Positions 22,218 through 36,182 of a stretch of 64,000 bases of DNA are shown piece after piece. Source of the stretch: Squalus acanthias (taxonomy: Eukaryota); assembly GCA_030390025.1 (NCBI GenBank), contig CM059432.1, positions 85,066,001-85,130,000 of the forward strand, read 5' to 3'. The position numbers and the translations under genes were made by a program. Position 1 is the stretch's first letter. Each line of letters opens with the position of its first letter. A model generated the notes under the pieces. It searched no databases and was not told the DNA's origin. It worked only from the letters and a program-made list of their open reading frames with translations.

Positions 22218-22621
22218 TGTAATTATGGAAGTAGTTGTGAGGGCAGTAGCAGGTGTTGAATGTGTAGGTGCAAGTAGAAGGAGGTGTAGTGGAGTGTCCT
22301 GTTGTGTTTGGAGGACAGACCTGGGAAGCAGGGGAGGGAAGAATTGATAGTGCTGGGGCTAAAGTAGGGTGGTGAAGGGGAGTCTTATCCTGGCAGTCCT
22401 GGTGAGGTTGTTGTTTCTTCTTGTACTTCAGCCAGGTCCTTGGTACAATGCTGCTGGCATTGACTTGCTCAGCCACCTATCGTTATTCCTGCTGGTTAAT
22501 TATACAGGGCAGCTGTCATCTATTGAAGGGAAGGAGGACTTCCTTCCAGTTTCTCGCTTGCTCCATGGCTGCATCAGAGAATTAGGGGACCCTAGACAAT
22601 GTCATCCTGCCTGCTGCTTCA

Positions 22622-22895
22622 ATAAATTCAATAAGGAATTCAGGAGAAACTTTTTTACTCAGAGTGTGGTAAGAATGTGGAACGTGCTACCACATGGAGT
22701 GGTTGAGACGAACAGTATAGATGCATTTAAGGAGATGCTAGATAAGTAAATGAGAAAGAAAGGAATAGAAGGATATGTTGATATGGTGAGGTGAAGTAAG
22801 ATGGAAGGAGGTTCATGTGGAGGATAAACATCAGCATAGATCTGTTGGGCCGAATGACCTGCTCCTGTGCTGTAAATTCTATGTAATTCTATGTT
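22622..22895 (+). mobile_element. CR1 LINE 3' fragment abutting a degenerate Harbinger Myb fragment (~22230-22620, minus)
   Basis: FRRNFFTQSVVRMWNVLP. Minus strand VNASSIVPRTWLKYKKK. Confidence 0.75.
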
Positions 22896-23772
22896 AGGAC
22901 TCACTCTCTACTGACCACCTTTGAAAAGTGCCCTCCCAAATGGCGAGCTGCCTATAAGGAGCGCAACAAGCGCTGGCAACTCATCTATTGTATTTAAATG
23001 AGGCCCACCCATGTAAACTGATTAGGCCTTCCACTGACATCATCATGCGCACTGCGTGGGCGCCCTGCCCACCATTCACCTGATGTACGTTCCATACGAA
23101 AATCAAATCTATTATCTTCCAACAAAACTCACCTTTTCCACTGTCCTCTACAGATTCATACCCAAAAAAGGTGAGGAACATCTTCTCAAACTACAGTTGC
23201 TTCAGGATGCCCATCCTCTGGTTATTTGCTGATTGATTATGATTAGCCTTAGTTTGTAAACAGAGCACATTTATAAGGATGTTAGCAAGTGACTGAGCAC
23301 CACAAGCAGCACCTCTGTGTCCTGACCACTTCCCTTCTTTGGGTAGGCCTTTAAAAATTAACTTGCATGGTGTTTTTCCTGCAATGCATTTTTGTGTGTT
23401 ACCTGTGAAGTGTTGCGTGCATGGTGTTATTGTCCACCAGTGCAATTGTGCTGTGCATTTTCTGTTGAATAAAAGAGTGTTGTAAAAAAAAAATGGAGTA
23501 GTGCTGTTCATGTTTTGCAGATTATCCCACTGAGGGTGCAGCAGATTAACATTTCAGATGGGTGCATGACTTTTGTGAAGGAAGAGTATGTATACAAAGG
23601 TATCTACACTTACTTGGCACTTCACCTGATACCACTGAACTTTTTCCTCATTAGCTCCCAAGTGTGGCAGACTGCATTTATTTGCTCAGAGACCACCATC
23701 TATGCAGCTTGTACCTGGGATTTTACAGATCCCCTTTGGCACCAAAAGGCATACTTCCTGCTGAAAGCCAGA

Positions 23773-24503
23773 GGGGGAGAAATTCGGTTGGTTAGCGCTC
23801 CCGTTAGCGCCTCCGGGGGGCGATAACAGGGCGTTAACGACTTACCACCCGGGCATGGCAAAAGAAACAACTCCCGCTAAATTCACCTGCAGGTTTGCGG
23901 CGGCGGTAACTCCTAGCGCCACGATCTCCTGCATCCGGAAATCGTGACGTCATCGTCCCGCGCATCGTTCCAGTAGCGCCCCAGACCCGAAAGTTGGTTT
24001 CGCCCCCTGCAGCATCGCCGGGCGACAACACCGACAGTTGCAGGAAGCATTGTTCGGGAGGCCTGGTGCTTCGGGAGGCTGTTTAAAGGCAATGATGGTT
24101 GCGGGGGGAAAAATTTTTTTGTGAAGCCTAACGTTCATTTTTCATTATTTTCTTGGGCTAGAGTGCTTGGGGCTGATTGTGGCGGTTCGCAGATGCCGTT
24201 GGCGACGAGGTACCTCTTTTCATTGCAGAGCCTGCAGCGATGGCCCTTCCCTTTCAGGGAGGGAAGGAGCCTCCGTTCCTGGCAGCGCTGCCCTCGACAT
24301 TGGGCAGTGCTGCACCGCTACCGCCCCTCCTGCCGGCTTTAGCGCTCCAAGGGAAGTGGTAGCGCTTGATTTAATGCTTCACTTCCTTCCTGGAGCGCTA
24401 ACGGACAATTTCGTGGAAGCTGAGAATCATTAGCGCCTGGCGCTAATTTTTCAGGATTTCAAAATTTACCGCCCCAAACGGGCCGATACCAAATTTCTCC
24501 CCC
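23773..24503. mobile_element. GC/CpG-rich Harbinger-type MITE
   Basis: TIR GGGGGAGAAATT / AATTTCTCCCCC, flanks AGA/AAA. Repeated TAGCGC motifs. Confidence 0.82.
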
Positions 24504-25970
24504 AAAGTCTTTGTGCGGCTCTCATTACACACAGGACACTTCCAAATATGTTACTCCCTTCAACAGAGCAATTGCAGGCAACTCCTTTGTAAGGCTGATC
24601 AGGAGCCCTTTAAGGGCTGATGCCTCACCCAATTTTGTGGATTGCAACCAAGCAATTTCTAGACCTGACTGCGTTTTTTCATTTTTATCTCAAAGGTCAA
24701 ATAAAGTTCTTAATTACATTTAGTTGAAGGTCAAAGAAGAATTGAGAGACCAATTTTAACACTAAATAATATTTGTACAAACTGACCTTTAAAGCTGGGA
24801 CAAATGTAGAAAATAGAACAGCAGATTGTCTGGATTCCTTCTGCGTCATGACCTTTGCACACAAAAAGCCCTGAAATCCTGCTTTTCAGAATTTATTTCA
24901 AGAAAATCTCAACAATATGCATTCAAAGCATTTTTAGTACTAAATTCAATAAACGCACTAAAAATTAGCTTTCGTACAGTCCTCATTTTTTATGCTGAAT
25001 ATAATTGAGTGATATCCCACGGGGCGGGGGGGGGGCGGGTTCTGGTTTATTTCAAATCAATACAAAATAATTGTAGGGCCGGTGAAAATCTGACTTTAAA
25101 GGGGACACAAATGGTAGGCAAAAAAGGGCTCTGAGGCAATGGGACGAGAGCACTGCAAGTCTTGCTTATATGAATCAGGAAGAACTGACCCCAACAGATC
25201 TTCTGGGGCCAGCCCTTATGCAAGGCAGGTATGAACTTGATAAGAGCCCACCAAAATTTGGGGAGGGGCGCAAAATAGTGCATGTCATTAGCCTTTGAAG
25301 AGCTCTCGACCAAAATTAAAAGGATCAGTTCACTTATTTTTCCAGTCACCAATTTAAATGGTCAAAAAATTATGCGCAGCACATACCCTATTTTCTGAAA
25401 TGCACCCCCAGCAAGCAAGCCAGTAGTGCAAAGTCGGAAAAAGACCTCGAATACATAAGTTTAATCATGTTAACATGTTTTTATTCAGTTTGGGCATTAG
25501 AAATTTCAGTTACTGTGAAAAAAATGGTGGATGAAAAGACTTGGATGTTTTTTCAGTAATTTGATTAGCTTGCTTGTGTATCTTTTTGTTTTTCTAACAA
25601 ACTGACATGAGTGAATTCCAGTAAATGAATTTCCATTACACCAATCAGTTTGAGGGAATTTGTTTGATGTGAAATAGATTTTAATAGCACCCAAATGACT
25701 ACAAGAAATTTGTAACCTAAATTTATAAATTAATGTATTTGACTGATTAATCTTTATAACTGTGTTACAGGAAGGATGAGAGCACAAGATATATGCAGTC
25801 TTTCTAATAAATGAATAGCAGATCAATGGCTTTGCTCACAGAGTCAGAGGTTGCAGTGTTTTACAACAATTGGGGTGTATATGCCATGTAGGGTACAACA
25901 TCAGGGCCAGTGATTTTTAATGACTAATTAAGTCAAATTCAGTTTTTATTATGCAGTTGTCTGAGATTAG

Positions 25971-27030
25971 GGGGGCTATTTTCCCCGCTGTAGCCCCGGC
26001 AGTTTAGTGCTAAAAGTGGCCAAGATGAGGTCTTGAGCTGCAAAGTCTGGTTAGCCCGCCTTTAGTGCAAGGCGCCATCTTGTAAAGGAGTTTAAGCCAG
26101 TGATGCCTACATCCCGTGAATGAATTAAAACAAATTATAGGATAGCCACTAACGGTAAGCACCAGGGAGAATAATTTAATCTTTATAAGTGCTGTTGGTT
26201 GTGTCATGTTTTCATTGTTTGTTTTTGCTTTAGATAAATAATGATTATGGTAATTGGGTAGTGGTGGAATTGGTGGTCTTTTTGATTGTGTTCTTCATGG
26301 GGAAAGGTTGAAAGGATTAAATGTAGATGGTGGACTTCCTCTTCCCCAGGTCAGGTCCTGCTGGTGTCTGTTATGTGCTATCTTGTCCTGAAAGAGAAAG
26401 AGCGGTGATTGTGAATGAGTGTATTGGCAGGTGTGTTTGTGTGTCTGTGATGCCTCACATAGTTGAAGAGTTGCAAAATGTGTCTGAGGTGTGCCTTTGA
26501 AGGATGCAATAGTATGGAATGTGTGAATGTCAGTGTATAGTTAGATGGTGGATGCAGTGTGTTGAAGTTGTGATGTTGGTGATGGTGCAGTTATTGAGAA
26601 GTGTGTTTGTGAGATAGAATTTTACCTTCACCACTCGAGTCAAATTATTAATTTTTTTGCGGGACTGGAGCCATGTCCTGAGGGCACTGCTGCTGGCTGT
26701 GACCTCCTTAGTGATCTCCTCCCACATCCACCAGATTAGTTGCCTTTCTGGCCTTCTTCCCCCGCTGTGAGTAAAGGACACCCCTCCTCCGCTGAACCTC
26801 CTCAAACAAGACCTCCAGTGCCGCCTTTGAGAACCTGTGAGCCCTCTCTCTCGGTCCCTGAGCCATCCTGATACATGCCGTTGTCTGTCAGCTAGCGCAT
26901 TGCACACCTTCAGTGGAAGTGTGTGCGTGGAGGCTACATATACCGTCCATGAAAATTGCTTCTAAATCAGCGCTTGAGTGCTAAACATGCAGGTCTCCAT
27001 TTTAGCGCCTCCAGGCATGTTGGGATCATG
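25971..27030 (-). mobile_element. Degenerate Harbinger fragment with Myb exon
   Basis: WEEITKEVTASSSALRTWLQSRKKINNLTRVVKV. TIR-like GGGGCTATTTT at the left. Confidence 0.65.
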
Positions 27031-27072
27031 GTAATCAGTAATTGCCACCAAAGTTGCAGGCTAAAACCAGAC

Positions 27073-29455
27073 TGTGGAGGACGAATACATGGAATGTATG
27101 CAAGATACTTTTCTAGATCAGTATGTTGAGGAACCAACTAGGGAACAGGCTATTTTAGATCTAGTATTGTGCAATGAGAAAGGGTTAATTAATAACGTTG
27201 TAGTAAAGGTGCCTTTAGGGAAGAGTGACCAGAATATGATAGAATTTTATATTGAGTTTGAAACTGATTTCGTTAAATCCAAAACTAGGGTCTTAAATCT
27301 AAACAAAGCAAACTATGTAGGTATGAAGGGCGAGTTGACTAAGGTAGATTGGGAAACTACATTAAAAGGTATGACGGTAGACAAGCAATGGCTAGCATTT
27401 AAAGAATTTATACATCATTTACAACAAATATACATTCCATTAAGGCACAAAAACCCCACAGGAAAAGTGGTTCTCTCTCTCTCTCTCTCTCTCTCTCCTG
27501 CTTTTCATTTTGCATCCAGGTCCTCTCACAGCAAAGGCCAGGCAGTCTCTGAAGACCTTCAATGCAGCAGCAATGATGACATCATCAGAGGCGACTTTCA
27601 GACTGAAAACACTAATTGGTTCATGGGTTCCCACATGCTGGAACTCAATTGCCCAATTACGTGAAAATTGCATCAATCTCCCACATCCAATTGCAGTCGG
27701 GTGGATAACACGACCCCAACCCGCCCCAGTATCAAAATCCAGCCCTTTGTGTCTGTCTTCACGGAAGAAGATGCAAAAAACTTCCCGGAAATAGTGGAGA
27801 ACCAAGGGTCTAGCGAGAATGAGGAACTGAAAGAAATTAGTATTAGTAAAACAAATAGTACTGGAGAAATCAATGGGACTGAAAGCTGATAAATCCCCTG
27901 GACCTGGCCTACATCCTAGGGTTTTGAAAGAGGTGGCTATAGAGATAATGGATGCATTGGTTGTCATTTTCCAAAATTCCATAGATTCTAGAACGCTTCC
28001 TGCGGATTGGAAGGTAGCATATGTAACCCCACTATTTAAGAAAGGAGGGAGAGAGAAAATGGGGAACTACAGACCAGTTAGCCTGACATCAGTAGTAGGA
28101 AAAATGCTAGAATCTATTATTAAGGACATGATAACAGGGCACTTAGAAAATAATAATAGGTTGGTCAACATGGATTTATGAAAGGGAAGTCGTGTTTGAC
28201 AAATCTGTTAGAATTTTTTGAGGTAGTAACTAGCAGAATAGATAAGGGGGAACCAGTGGATGTGGTGTATTTGGATTTTCAGAAGGCATTCGATAAGATG
28301 CCACACAAAAGGTTATTAAACAAAATTAGGGCTCATGGGATTGGGGTAATATACTAGCATGGATTGAGGATTGGTTAACAGACAGAAAACAGAGAGTAGG
28401 AATAAACAGGTCATTTTCAGGTTGGCAGGCTGTAACTAGTGGGGTACCGCAAGGATCAGTGCTTGGGCCTCAGCTATTCACAATCTACATCAATGATTTG
28501 GATGAGGGGACCAAATGTAATATATCCAAGTTTGCTGATGATACAAAGCTGGATGGGAATATAAATTGTGAGGAGGATGCAAAGAGGCTTCAAGGGGATA
28601 TAGACAGGCGAAGTGAATGGGCAATAACATGGCAAATGGAATATAATGTGGAGAAATGTGAAGTTATCCACTTTGGTAGGAAAAATAGAAAAGCAGAGTA
28701 CTTTTTAAATGGTGAGAGATTGGGAAATATTGGTGTTCAGAGGTACCTGGGTGTCCTTGTACTTGAATCACTGAAAGTTAACATGCAGGTACAGCAAGCA
28801 ATTAGGAAAGCAAATGGTATGTTGGCCTTTATTACAAGAGGATTTGAGTATAAGAGTAAAGACGTCTTACTGCAATTATATAGAGCCCTGGTGAGACCAC
28901 ACCCGGAGTATTGTGTACAGTTTTGATCTCCTTACCTAAGGAAGGGTATACTTGCCATAGAGGGAATGCAACGAAGGTTCACCAGACTGGTTCCTGGGAT
29001 GGGGGGATTGTCCTATGAGGACAGATTGAGTAGACTAGGCCTATATTCTCTAGAGTTTAGGTGATCTCATTGAAACATGCAAAATTCTTACAGGGCTTGA
29101 CAGGGTAGATGCAGGGAGGATGTTTCCCCTGACTGGGGAGTCTAGTAGCAGGGGTCACAGTCTCAGAATAAGGGGTCGGCCATTTTAGGACTGAGATGAG
29201 GAGAAATTTCTTCACTCAGAGGGTGGTGAATCTTTGGAATTCTCTACCTCAGAGGGCTGTGGAGGCTCAGTCGTTGAGTATATTCAAGACAGAGATCGAT
29301 AGATTTTTGAATATTAAGGGAATCAAGGGATATGGGGATAGTGCAGGAAATTGGAGATGGGGTAGAAGATCAGCCATGATCTTATTGAATGGCGGAGCAG
29401 GCTCGAAGGGCCAAATGGCCTACTCCTGCTCCTATTTCTTATGTTCTTATGTTTT
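27073..29455 (+). mobile_element. CR1 LINE ORF2 remnant interrupted by a Harbinger-type end (~27470-27745) with adjacent deletion
   Basis: FLDQYVEEPTR, KSPGPG-LHPRVL, NYRPVSLTS, FADD, HPEYCVQF and CR1 tail. Confidence 0.9.
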
Positions 29456-29782
29456 AAGTAGGCATGTCTTATTCGCACAACACCCACTTAGCACCTACTT
29501 TCACCCTTTTCCCAAAATAATCCCCATGGGTTTTGCAGAATTCTGATGTGGAATGTGAAATGAGGGAATGGTGGTGAAAATAATTTGAAAAGATGTTTTT
29601 AAGAGAACTACTGATGATTTTTTGATTGTTTCTTGGAAAATAAATAAATCAATGTTTTCAGACACTAACAGCAAGTAAATACAGGGCTGCCTTAACAAAC
29701 ACAAATTGCATTAATATATATCTTCTGGTACATACACTGTTTTTCATGTCAAAAATACCTCATAAAACACTCCAAAGATCAT

Positions 29783-31675
29783 GGCCTAGAAATTCGTTTG
29801 CCCCCGAAAATGGGTGCAGGGATCGCGGTGCGCTAGGAACCCATGCCCATTCCGAGGACTGCAGGCAGCATGCAAACTTTGTGCTGCCTGGCCATTTGCG
29901 GGGTTGTAGCATTCAGCCCAGCGCGGAGCATGGGAGAGTCCGGCACCAACGTTGCACAGGGCTTTGCGCAGAGCTTGGAACCCATCTTTTCCAGCATGGA
30001 AGGGGTGGGCAGATCCATTAGTGCACTTGTGAACCCAACCATCATGCAGCGTCTGATGGCTGATGTCTCAGCTTCCATTGCAGCACAAGCACAAGCCACC
30101 CTGTGTCTGAGTGCTGCAGTGGAAGCTCAGACTTCTTTTATGCAAGCTCAGACTGTTCCCATGCAGACTCAGCTTGCTGCCACGCAGTGTGGAAATGAGC
30201 TTGCAGGGTGTCACAGCATTCCAGCAATCTGTCCTCCAACAGATGGCTAGGAATGCTGAGGCACTGCCCCGGGGGAGTGGCAGTGGCTCCACGGAGGATG
30301 AACCTGCTGTCCTCTGTCAGGATGACAGAATTCGTCCTCCCACCACTGTCATTCTGCCAGTGTCCTTGCTGTTGCCTGTTACCCAGCCTGCCCAGATTAC
30401 TGCCACCCATGCCGATGTGATGCAGTCCACAGCCAGGCCTTCAAGGCCCAGAGCTGCTCAAGGTCATCCTGCAAGCCCATCTGCAGTCTCCCCCACTGAA
30501 AGTCAGCAGCCTTCCACCAGCCATGCTGCAACCACTGGGACAGCACTGCACAGGAGCACTAGGTCAGGCAAAGGCACACGGAAGACAATCATTAAGGGAA
30601 TGCACAAGGGTGATTGGTTGACTTTGTTAGGTTATATTGGATGGATTAATGGATAAAGTTGGATCGGAATGTTTCTTTTGTGGTGGCTTTTATTTCAACA
30701 TTATGGCCAAGAGGAAGCTGTGATGTTCAGTAATAGAGGGAAGGTAAGGTGTTGGACTATTGTTGAATGGGGAATTTGGGTTGCGTTAACTCAAACCGCA
30801 GTCGAATGAGTCGATCACAGACAACCTAGGCAGAATAATGCTGTCTGGGTTGCCTCCTCCCTTCCACTTCCTCCTTTTCCACTTCCTCCTCTTCCACTTC
30901 CTCCTCCTTCGCTTCCGCTGCCTCCTCGTTCTCAGCTGATCGCTGTATCCCTGGAGGCAAGGGCTGTGTTCCCATGATGGTGAGGTTGTGGAGCATGCAG
31001 CAGACCACGACAAATCTTGAGACACGTTCTGGTGAGTACTGCTGGTCTCCTCCAGAGCAGTGCAGGCAGCGGAAGAGTTGTTTAAGGACACCAATGGTCT
31101 GCTTTATGATGTTTTGTGTGCCAGCATGGCTCTCATTGTAAGCATGTTGTCGACGTTTGGTTGGGTTGCGGAGCGGAGTCATGAGCCAGGTGGTCAGCGG
31201 ATAGCCCTTGTCACCCAGTAGCCACCTCTGGTTTGTCTTGGTGGCTCAAAGACTGAGGGAACAGCGGACTAGCGCAGAATGAAATCATCATGACTGCTGC
31301 CAGAATACCGGTCATTCACCATCATGATGTGCTGAGCATTGTCGCACACCAACTGCACATTCAGTGAATGGTAACCTTTGCGGTTGCGCTACATCTCAGT
31401 ATTTAGATGCGGTGCCCGCAAAGCCATGTGCATGCAGTTGATGGCACCCTGCACCATGGGGAAGCCTGCTATCCTGGCAAAGCCACATGCACGATCTGCC
31501 TGCTTCTCTCTGGTTAGATAGAAGACAATGAAGTCCCATCTCCTGGCATGAAGAGCGTCTGTCACCTTATTATGCAGCAGTGGATGGTGAACTGGGTGAT
31601 GTTACAGATGTCGCCTGCTCAAACCTCGAACGATCCCGACACGAAGAAATTCAGGGCAATGGTCACCTTCACAGC
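29783..31675 (-). mobile_element. Harbinger fragment (Myb-gene 3' part +, transposase -), interrupted by Gypsy at 31676
   Basis: TPLRNP...[11 protein letters not shown]...CCMLHNL on minus. HRSTRSGKG tail on plus. TIR-like GGCCTAGAAATT at 29783. Confidence 0.85.
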
Positions 31676-31812
31676 TGTAATGTATTGTCACATGGTTTGT
31701 CACATGGTTTGGTATGAGCATGCTCAATTCACTCTGGCCTAATAAAGGAAGCACATGGACTAGCAACTCATCGTGTCACTGACCTTCATTTGTTCTACCC
31801 ACATATATTACA
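31676..31812 (+). repeat. Gypsy 5' LTR (137 bp)
   Basis: 6-bp terminal IR and AATAAA. Direct repeat at 37232-37332. Confidence 0.9.
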
Positions 31813-32060
31813 TTTTGGTGACGAGGATGGGATACCAAAGCCATCTTTAGGGATCACACAGTGTTCAACATTCGAGTCGACAAGTTTAAGTTGAATTTGT
31901 GACACCTAAACTGAATTTTTGTGATGTTTTACCGTTAATGCTCGTGCAGAATCGTTTGTGCTTCACCTTCGTGTGTATGTATACACAGCAACAGAGGCGT
32001 TGATTCTCACAGGTAGACAGGTAGCGTGCTGAGTCACTGTTCGACGGGATCGGGACAATC

Positions 32061-35000
32061 ATGGCCGCACCTACAGGATTCATCGGAAGCCTCGGCATGT
32101 ATGACTGAACTCATGAACCATTCAGTTCTTATGTTGAGTGGATGCAAATGTTTTTTAGGGCCAATAACATTATTGAGACTGAAGAAGCAGATGAGAATGT
32201 TCAAGCTCAAAATAAAGTCATTCGTGAATGGAAGAAAGCAATTTTTCGAACAGAGATCGGGCCAGATGTCTACAGAACGTTGACAAACCTACTCGCGCCA
32301 GAGAAAGTGAAGGATGCATCGTTTGAAGACATTGTCGAGAAACTCGAGGACCATTTCGACCCAAAGCTGTTAGAAATAGCAGAGAACTATAAGTTTGCTA
32401 CCAGAAACCAAAAACAAAGTGAAACCATCAGTGAGTACATTGTAGCTCTTAAGAACCTGTCTTTGCATTGTAACTTCGGCACATTTTTGGATCGTGCATT
32501 GCAAGATAAGTTTGTGTGTGGACTGGTGGATGAGCGCCCACAGTCCAAGTTACTGAACACACCGAACCTAACGTTTGACATAGCATGCAAAATTGCCCTA
32601 TCTATGGAGATGGCGTCTAAGAATGCTAGGGAACCCCGTCCAACTCAAGTGACTAGTGCAGCTGAGGTCTACAGTCACAAAGCCACCGTCAAACCTAAAG
32701 CTGTGAGACCGAGTCAAAAGCATGTCGGTGAGAGCAGTTCAGTGAACTGTTATCGCTGCAATAGAAATCACTCACCACAGTCCTGCCAATACAGAAATGT
32801 GAAGTGTTTTCACTGCCAGAAGCAAGGCCATATTTCAACAGCTTGCAGAGCTAGATCTAAAGCAGGAAGTAAGAACCATTCTAGTGGCAATGCAAATCAG
32901 CAACAACAAAAGGGAGGAGTTCACAATATTGAAGTGAACACACCTGATGTTGAAGAACTAGGCATCTACAGTATCTATGCCACTAATGGCAATGCTAGCA
33001 GTCATGAGAAAGACTTGCATACAAAACGTTAGATCAACGAGCAATGTATTGATATGTGTATCAACATGGCGGCGGACTGCTCTATCATGAGTAAGGACAC
33101 ATATGAGTGTAAGTTTAATCAAATACCACTTACAAAGAGTACCGTAGAGTTAAAAACCTACTCCGGAGAAATCCTAGAGACATGTGAACAAATGGAATGT
33201 ACAGTTCAACACAATGGCCAGTCAGTAAAGCTGCCTATTATTGTAGTGAGCTACAACAACAGGCCAACTCTCACGGGCAAAGACTGGTTGAGAAAGTTAA
33301 AACTAAACTGGAAAAACATCTTCAGTGTAGATGCTTCAAAGAAGCGACTCGACACAATGCTGAACAAGTACAAAAGCACATTCACAGACAGTTATGAGGG
33401 CATCACTGGGTATGATGCACATATCCGCATCAAGTCCAACATGAAGCCTGACTATTGTAAGGCAAGGCCAGTCCCCTATACGTTGAAAAGTCGGGTGGAG
33501 GAAGAGCTAGCGAAGCTCAGAAAGAACTGAGTGCTAGTAAAAATTGACAAAAGTGAATGGGCTACCCTGATTGTGGTAGTGCCCAAAGCAGAAAAAACTG
33601 TACGCTTGTACAGTGACTACAAAGTTACTATCAACGAAGCAGTTGACGATGAGCAGTACCCGTTACCTACATCGCAAGATTTGTATGTAGCACTCTCTCG
33701 GTCAAAGGTTTTCTCCAAGCTTGACCTGTCGCACGCTTAGGCTCAGCTGAATGTTGACAAAGAGAGTCGACAGTATCTCACCATCAACACACACAAGGGA
33801 CTGTACTCATACACCAAGCTCCGTATGGTGTAAAGTCCTCCCCCAAAATCTTGCAAGCTACGATGGATAAGATTTTGCAAGGAGTTCCAAATTGCTTATG
33901 CAATCAAGATGATGTGCTTATCGCAACAAGCAGCGAGGAAGAAAATCTAGAAGTGTTAGAGTTAGTGCTTCAAAGGTTAAATTCCCACAATGACAAATTG
34001 AAAAGGATCAAATGTGCTTTTGTGTTGCCCAAGGTTTTGTACCTTGGTCTGAAAGTTGAAGCAAATGGCTTGCAACCAGTGAAGGAAAAAGTTGATGCTG
34101 TTCTCAATGCTCCAAAGCCACAGAACGTGTCTGAGTTAAGATATTTCCTTGGAATGGTTCAGTACTATGTACATTTCTTACCTGAGTTAGTGACCATGTT
34201 AGCTCCATTGCACGAGCTCCTCAAGAAAGATGTTCAGTGGAAGTGGATGATAGCGCAACAGGAAGCTTATGACACTTATAAAAGAAGTCTCTCTAGCGAT
34301 GCTCTACTTGTGCACTACGACACAGAGTGTGAGCATAAGTTAGCATGTGATGCTTCCAGCTATGGTGTGGGAGTCGTCATAAGCCACGTAATGGATGATG
34401 GCCAAAAGAAACCAATTGCGTTCGCATCGCGAACCCTCACAAAGAGCGAACGAAACTATGCACAAATTGAAAAGGAGGCACTTGCCATAGTGTTTGGAAT
34501 CAAGAAATTTCAACAGTTCCTGATCAGCAGAAAGTTTACCCTGATAACTGATCACAAACTGCTCCTAGCAATCTTGGGGCCCAAATCTGACATCCCTGCA
34601 ATGGCCGCATGAAGAATGCAACGTTGAGCAGTGTTGTTTTCACAATATGACTACACGATTGAATATCGCACTTCAAAGCAGATGCCTTGTCCAGGTTGCT
34701 ACATGAGGACTCATGTGTTGGGAGTGAAGGTGAGATTTTCACGCTAGGTGCAGTTGACAAAGACTGTGAATGCAACCGATAGTGCAGATGAGACTCAAAA
34801 GGACTCAGTACAGAAAAGAGTGTATGAAAACACCTTGAATGGGTGGACTGATCAGTGTATGGAGACAGAATTGAAACCATTCCATAACCGTCGTACTGAA
34901 TTGTCTTGTGAGCAAGGTTGTATCAAGTGGGGAAACAGAGTGGTTGTACCTACTTCTTTGAGAGATAGAATCCTGGCTGAAATTCATACTGAACATCCAG

Positions 35001-36110
35001 GGATAGTCAGTATGAAAACAATTGCAAGAAGCTTTGTTTACTGGCCTGGATTGGACAGTGATCTTGAATCACTTGACAGCAAATGCAGCATTTGCCAAAA
35101 TTGCAGAAACAAACCACCTAAAACTCCACAACAACCCTAGTCATGGCCAAGTAGACCTTTTCAAAGAGTACATGTAGACTTCTGTGAGAAAGCAAATGAT
35201 TATTTTCTGGTACTTGTAGATAGTCACTCAAAGTGGATTGAAGCGAAACACATGGGTTCAAATACTACAACTGAACGTACCATAGATGAGTTGAGGTCTA
35301 TCTTCGCATGTCATGGCTTACCTGAAGAGCTTGTTTCTGAAAATGGCCCTCAGTTCTGTTCTGTTCTATTCCAAGAATTCATGAAACGGAACGGTATCAA
35401 ACACACTCTCGTTCCACCATATCATCCAGCTTCAAACGGAGCAGCCGAAAGGTCAGTCAGAATAGTAAAAGAAGCTCTCAAAAAGCAAGTGTTGCAGGGT
35501 TGTTCGGGACTCAGCATGAAGAAACATGGTAGATTACTTGCTGAAGTACAGAGCTACTTCGCACACTACAACTGGATATACCCCAGCAGATCTCTTGATG
35601 AAGAGGAGATTGAGAACATGATTGAGTCTTGTTCAACCAAATTTAGCCTCAAGAGTTGAACAGAAACAGTTGAGTCAGAAACGTTATTATGACAGCAATC
35701 AGAAAGAACGCAGTTTCAGGCAAAACGAATGTGTTCAGGTTCTCAGTCCCCCCGGCAAGTCGAGTTCACACAATTGGGATATAGGAACCATAGTAGAGGT
35801 TGGTGGAACCAGGAGATATTTGGTTGAAATTGATGACAACATCCAAAGTGTTCATGTAGATCAAATGATCTCTGCTAGAGATGAACCAAGACATGATCTT
35901 GAACCACTTGATCATGAACACATACATGAGTTTGACTCAGTACAAACTTCAGAAACTGAAGTACCAGGTTCAAATAAGTCTGAGATAGAAACACGATCAT
36001 CTTTGAGTTCGGAACCAAAACAAAACAGCCTGAAAACTGTTTCAACACCAAAACCTTCTTAAAGGAGATCAGGAAGGCTCCACAAACCTGTTATTAAACT
36101 GGATTTGTAG
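32061..36110 (+). pseudogene. Gypsy gag-pol with multiple stops and frameshifts
   Basis: Zn knuckle CFHCQKQGHISTAC, RT FSKLDL and NQDD, RH CDASSYG and YAQIEKEALA, IN HPGI..CSIC, ENGPQF, HPASNGAAERSV. Confidence 0.9.
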
Positions 36111-36182
36111 TTCATTTAAAAGAACAAAAGTCAAGAGTTTTTGTTATGTGGTAATGTAATGTTGGGAAAGGTGGGACATAGT

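Noticed and set aside
22900..25960. Short ORFs as possible host exons
   Set aside because: No recognisable domains or consistent splice structure. They are AT-rich random ORFs or MITE-derived.
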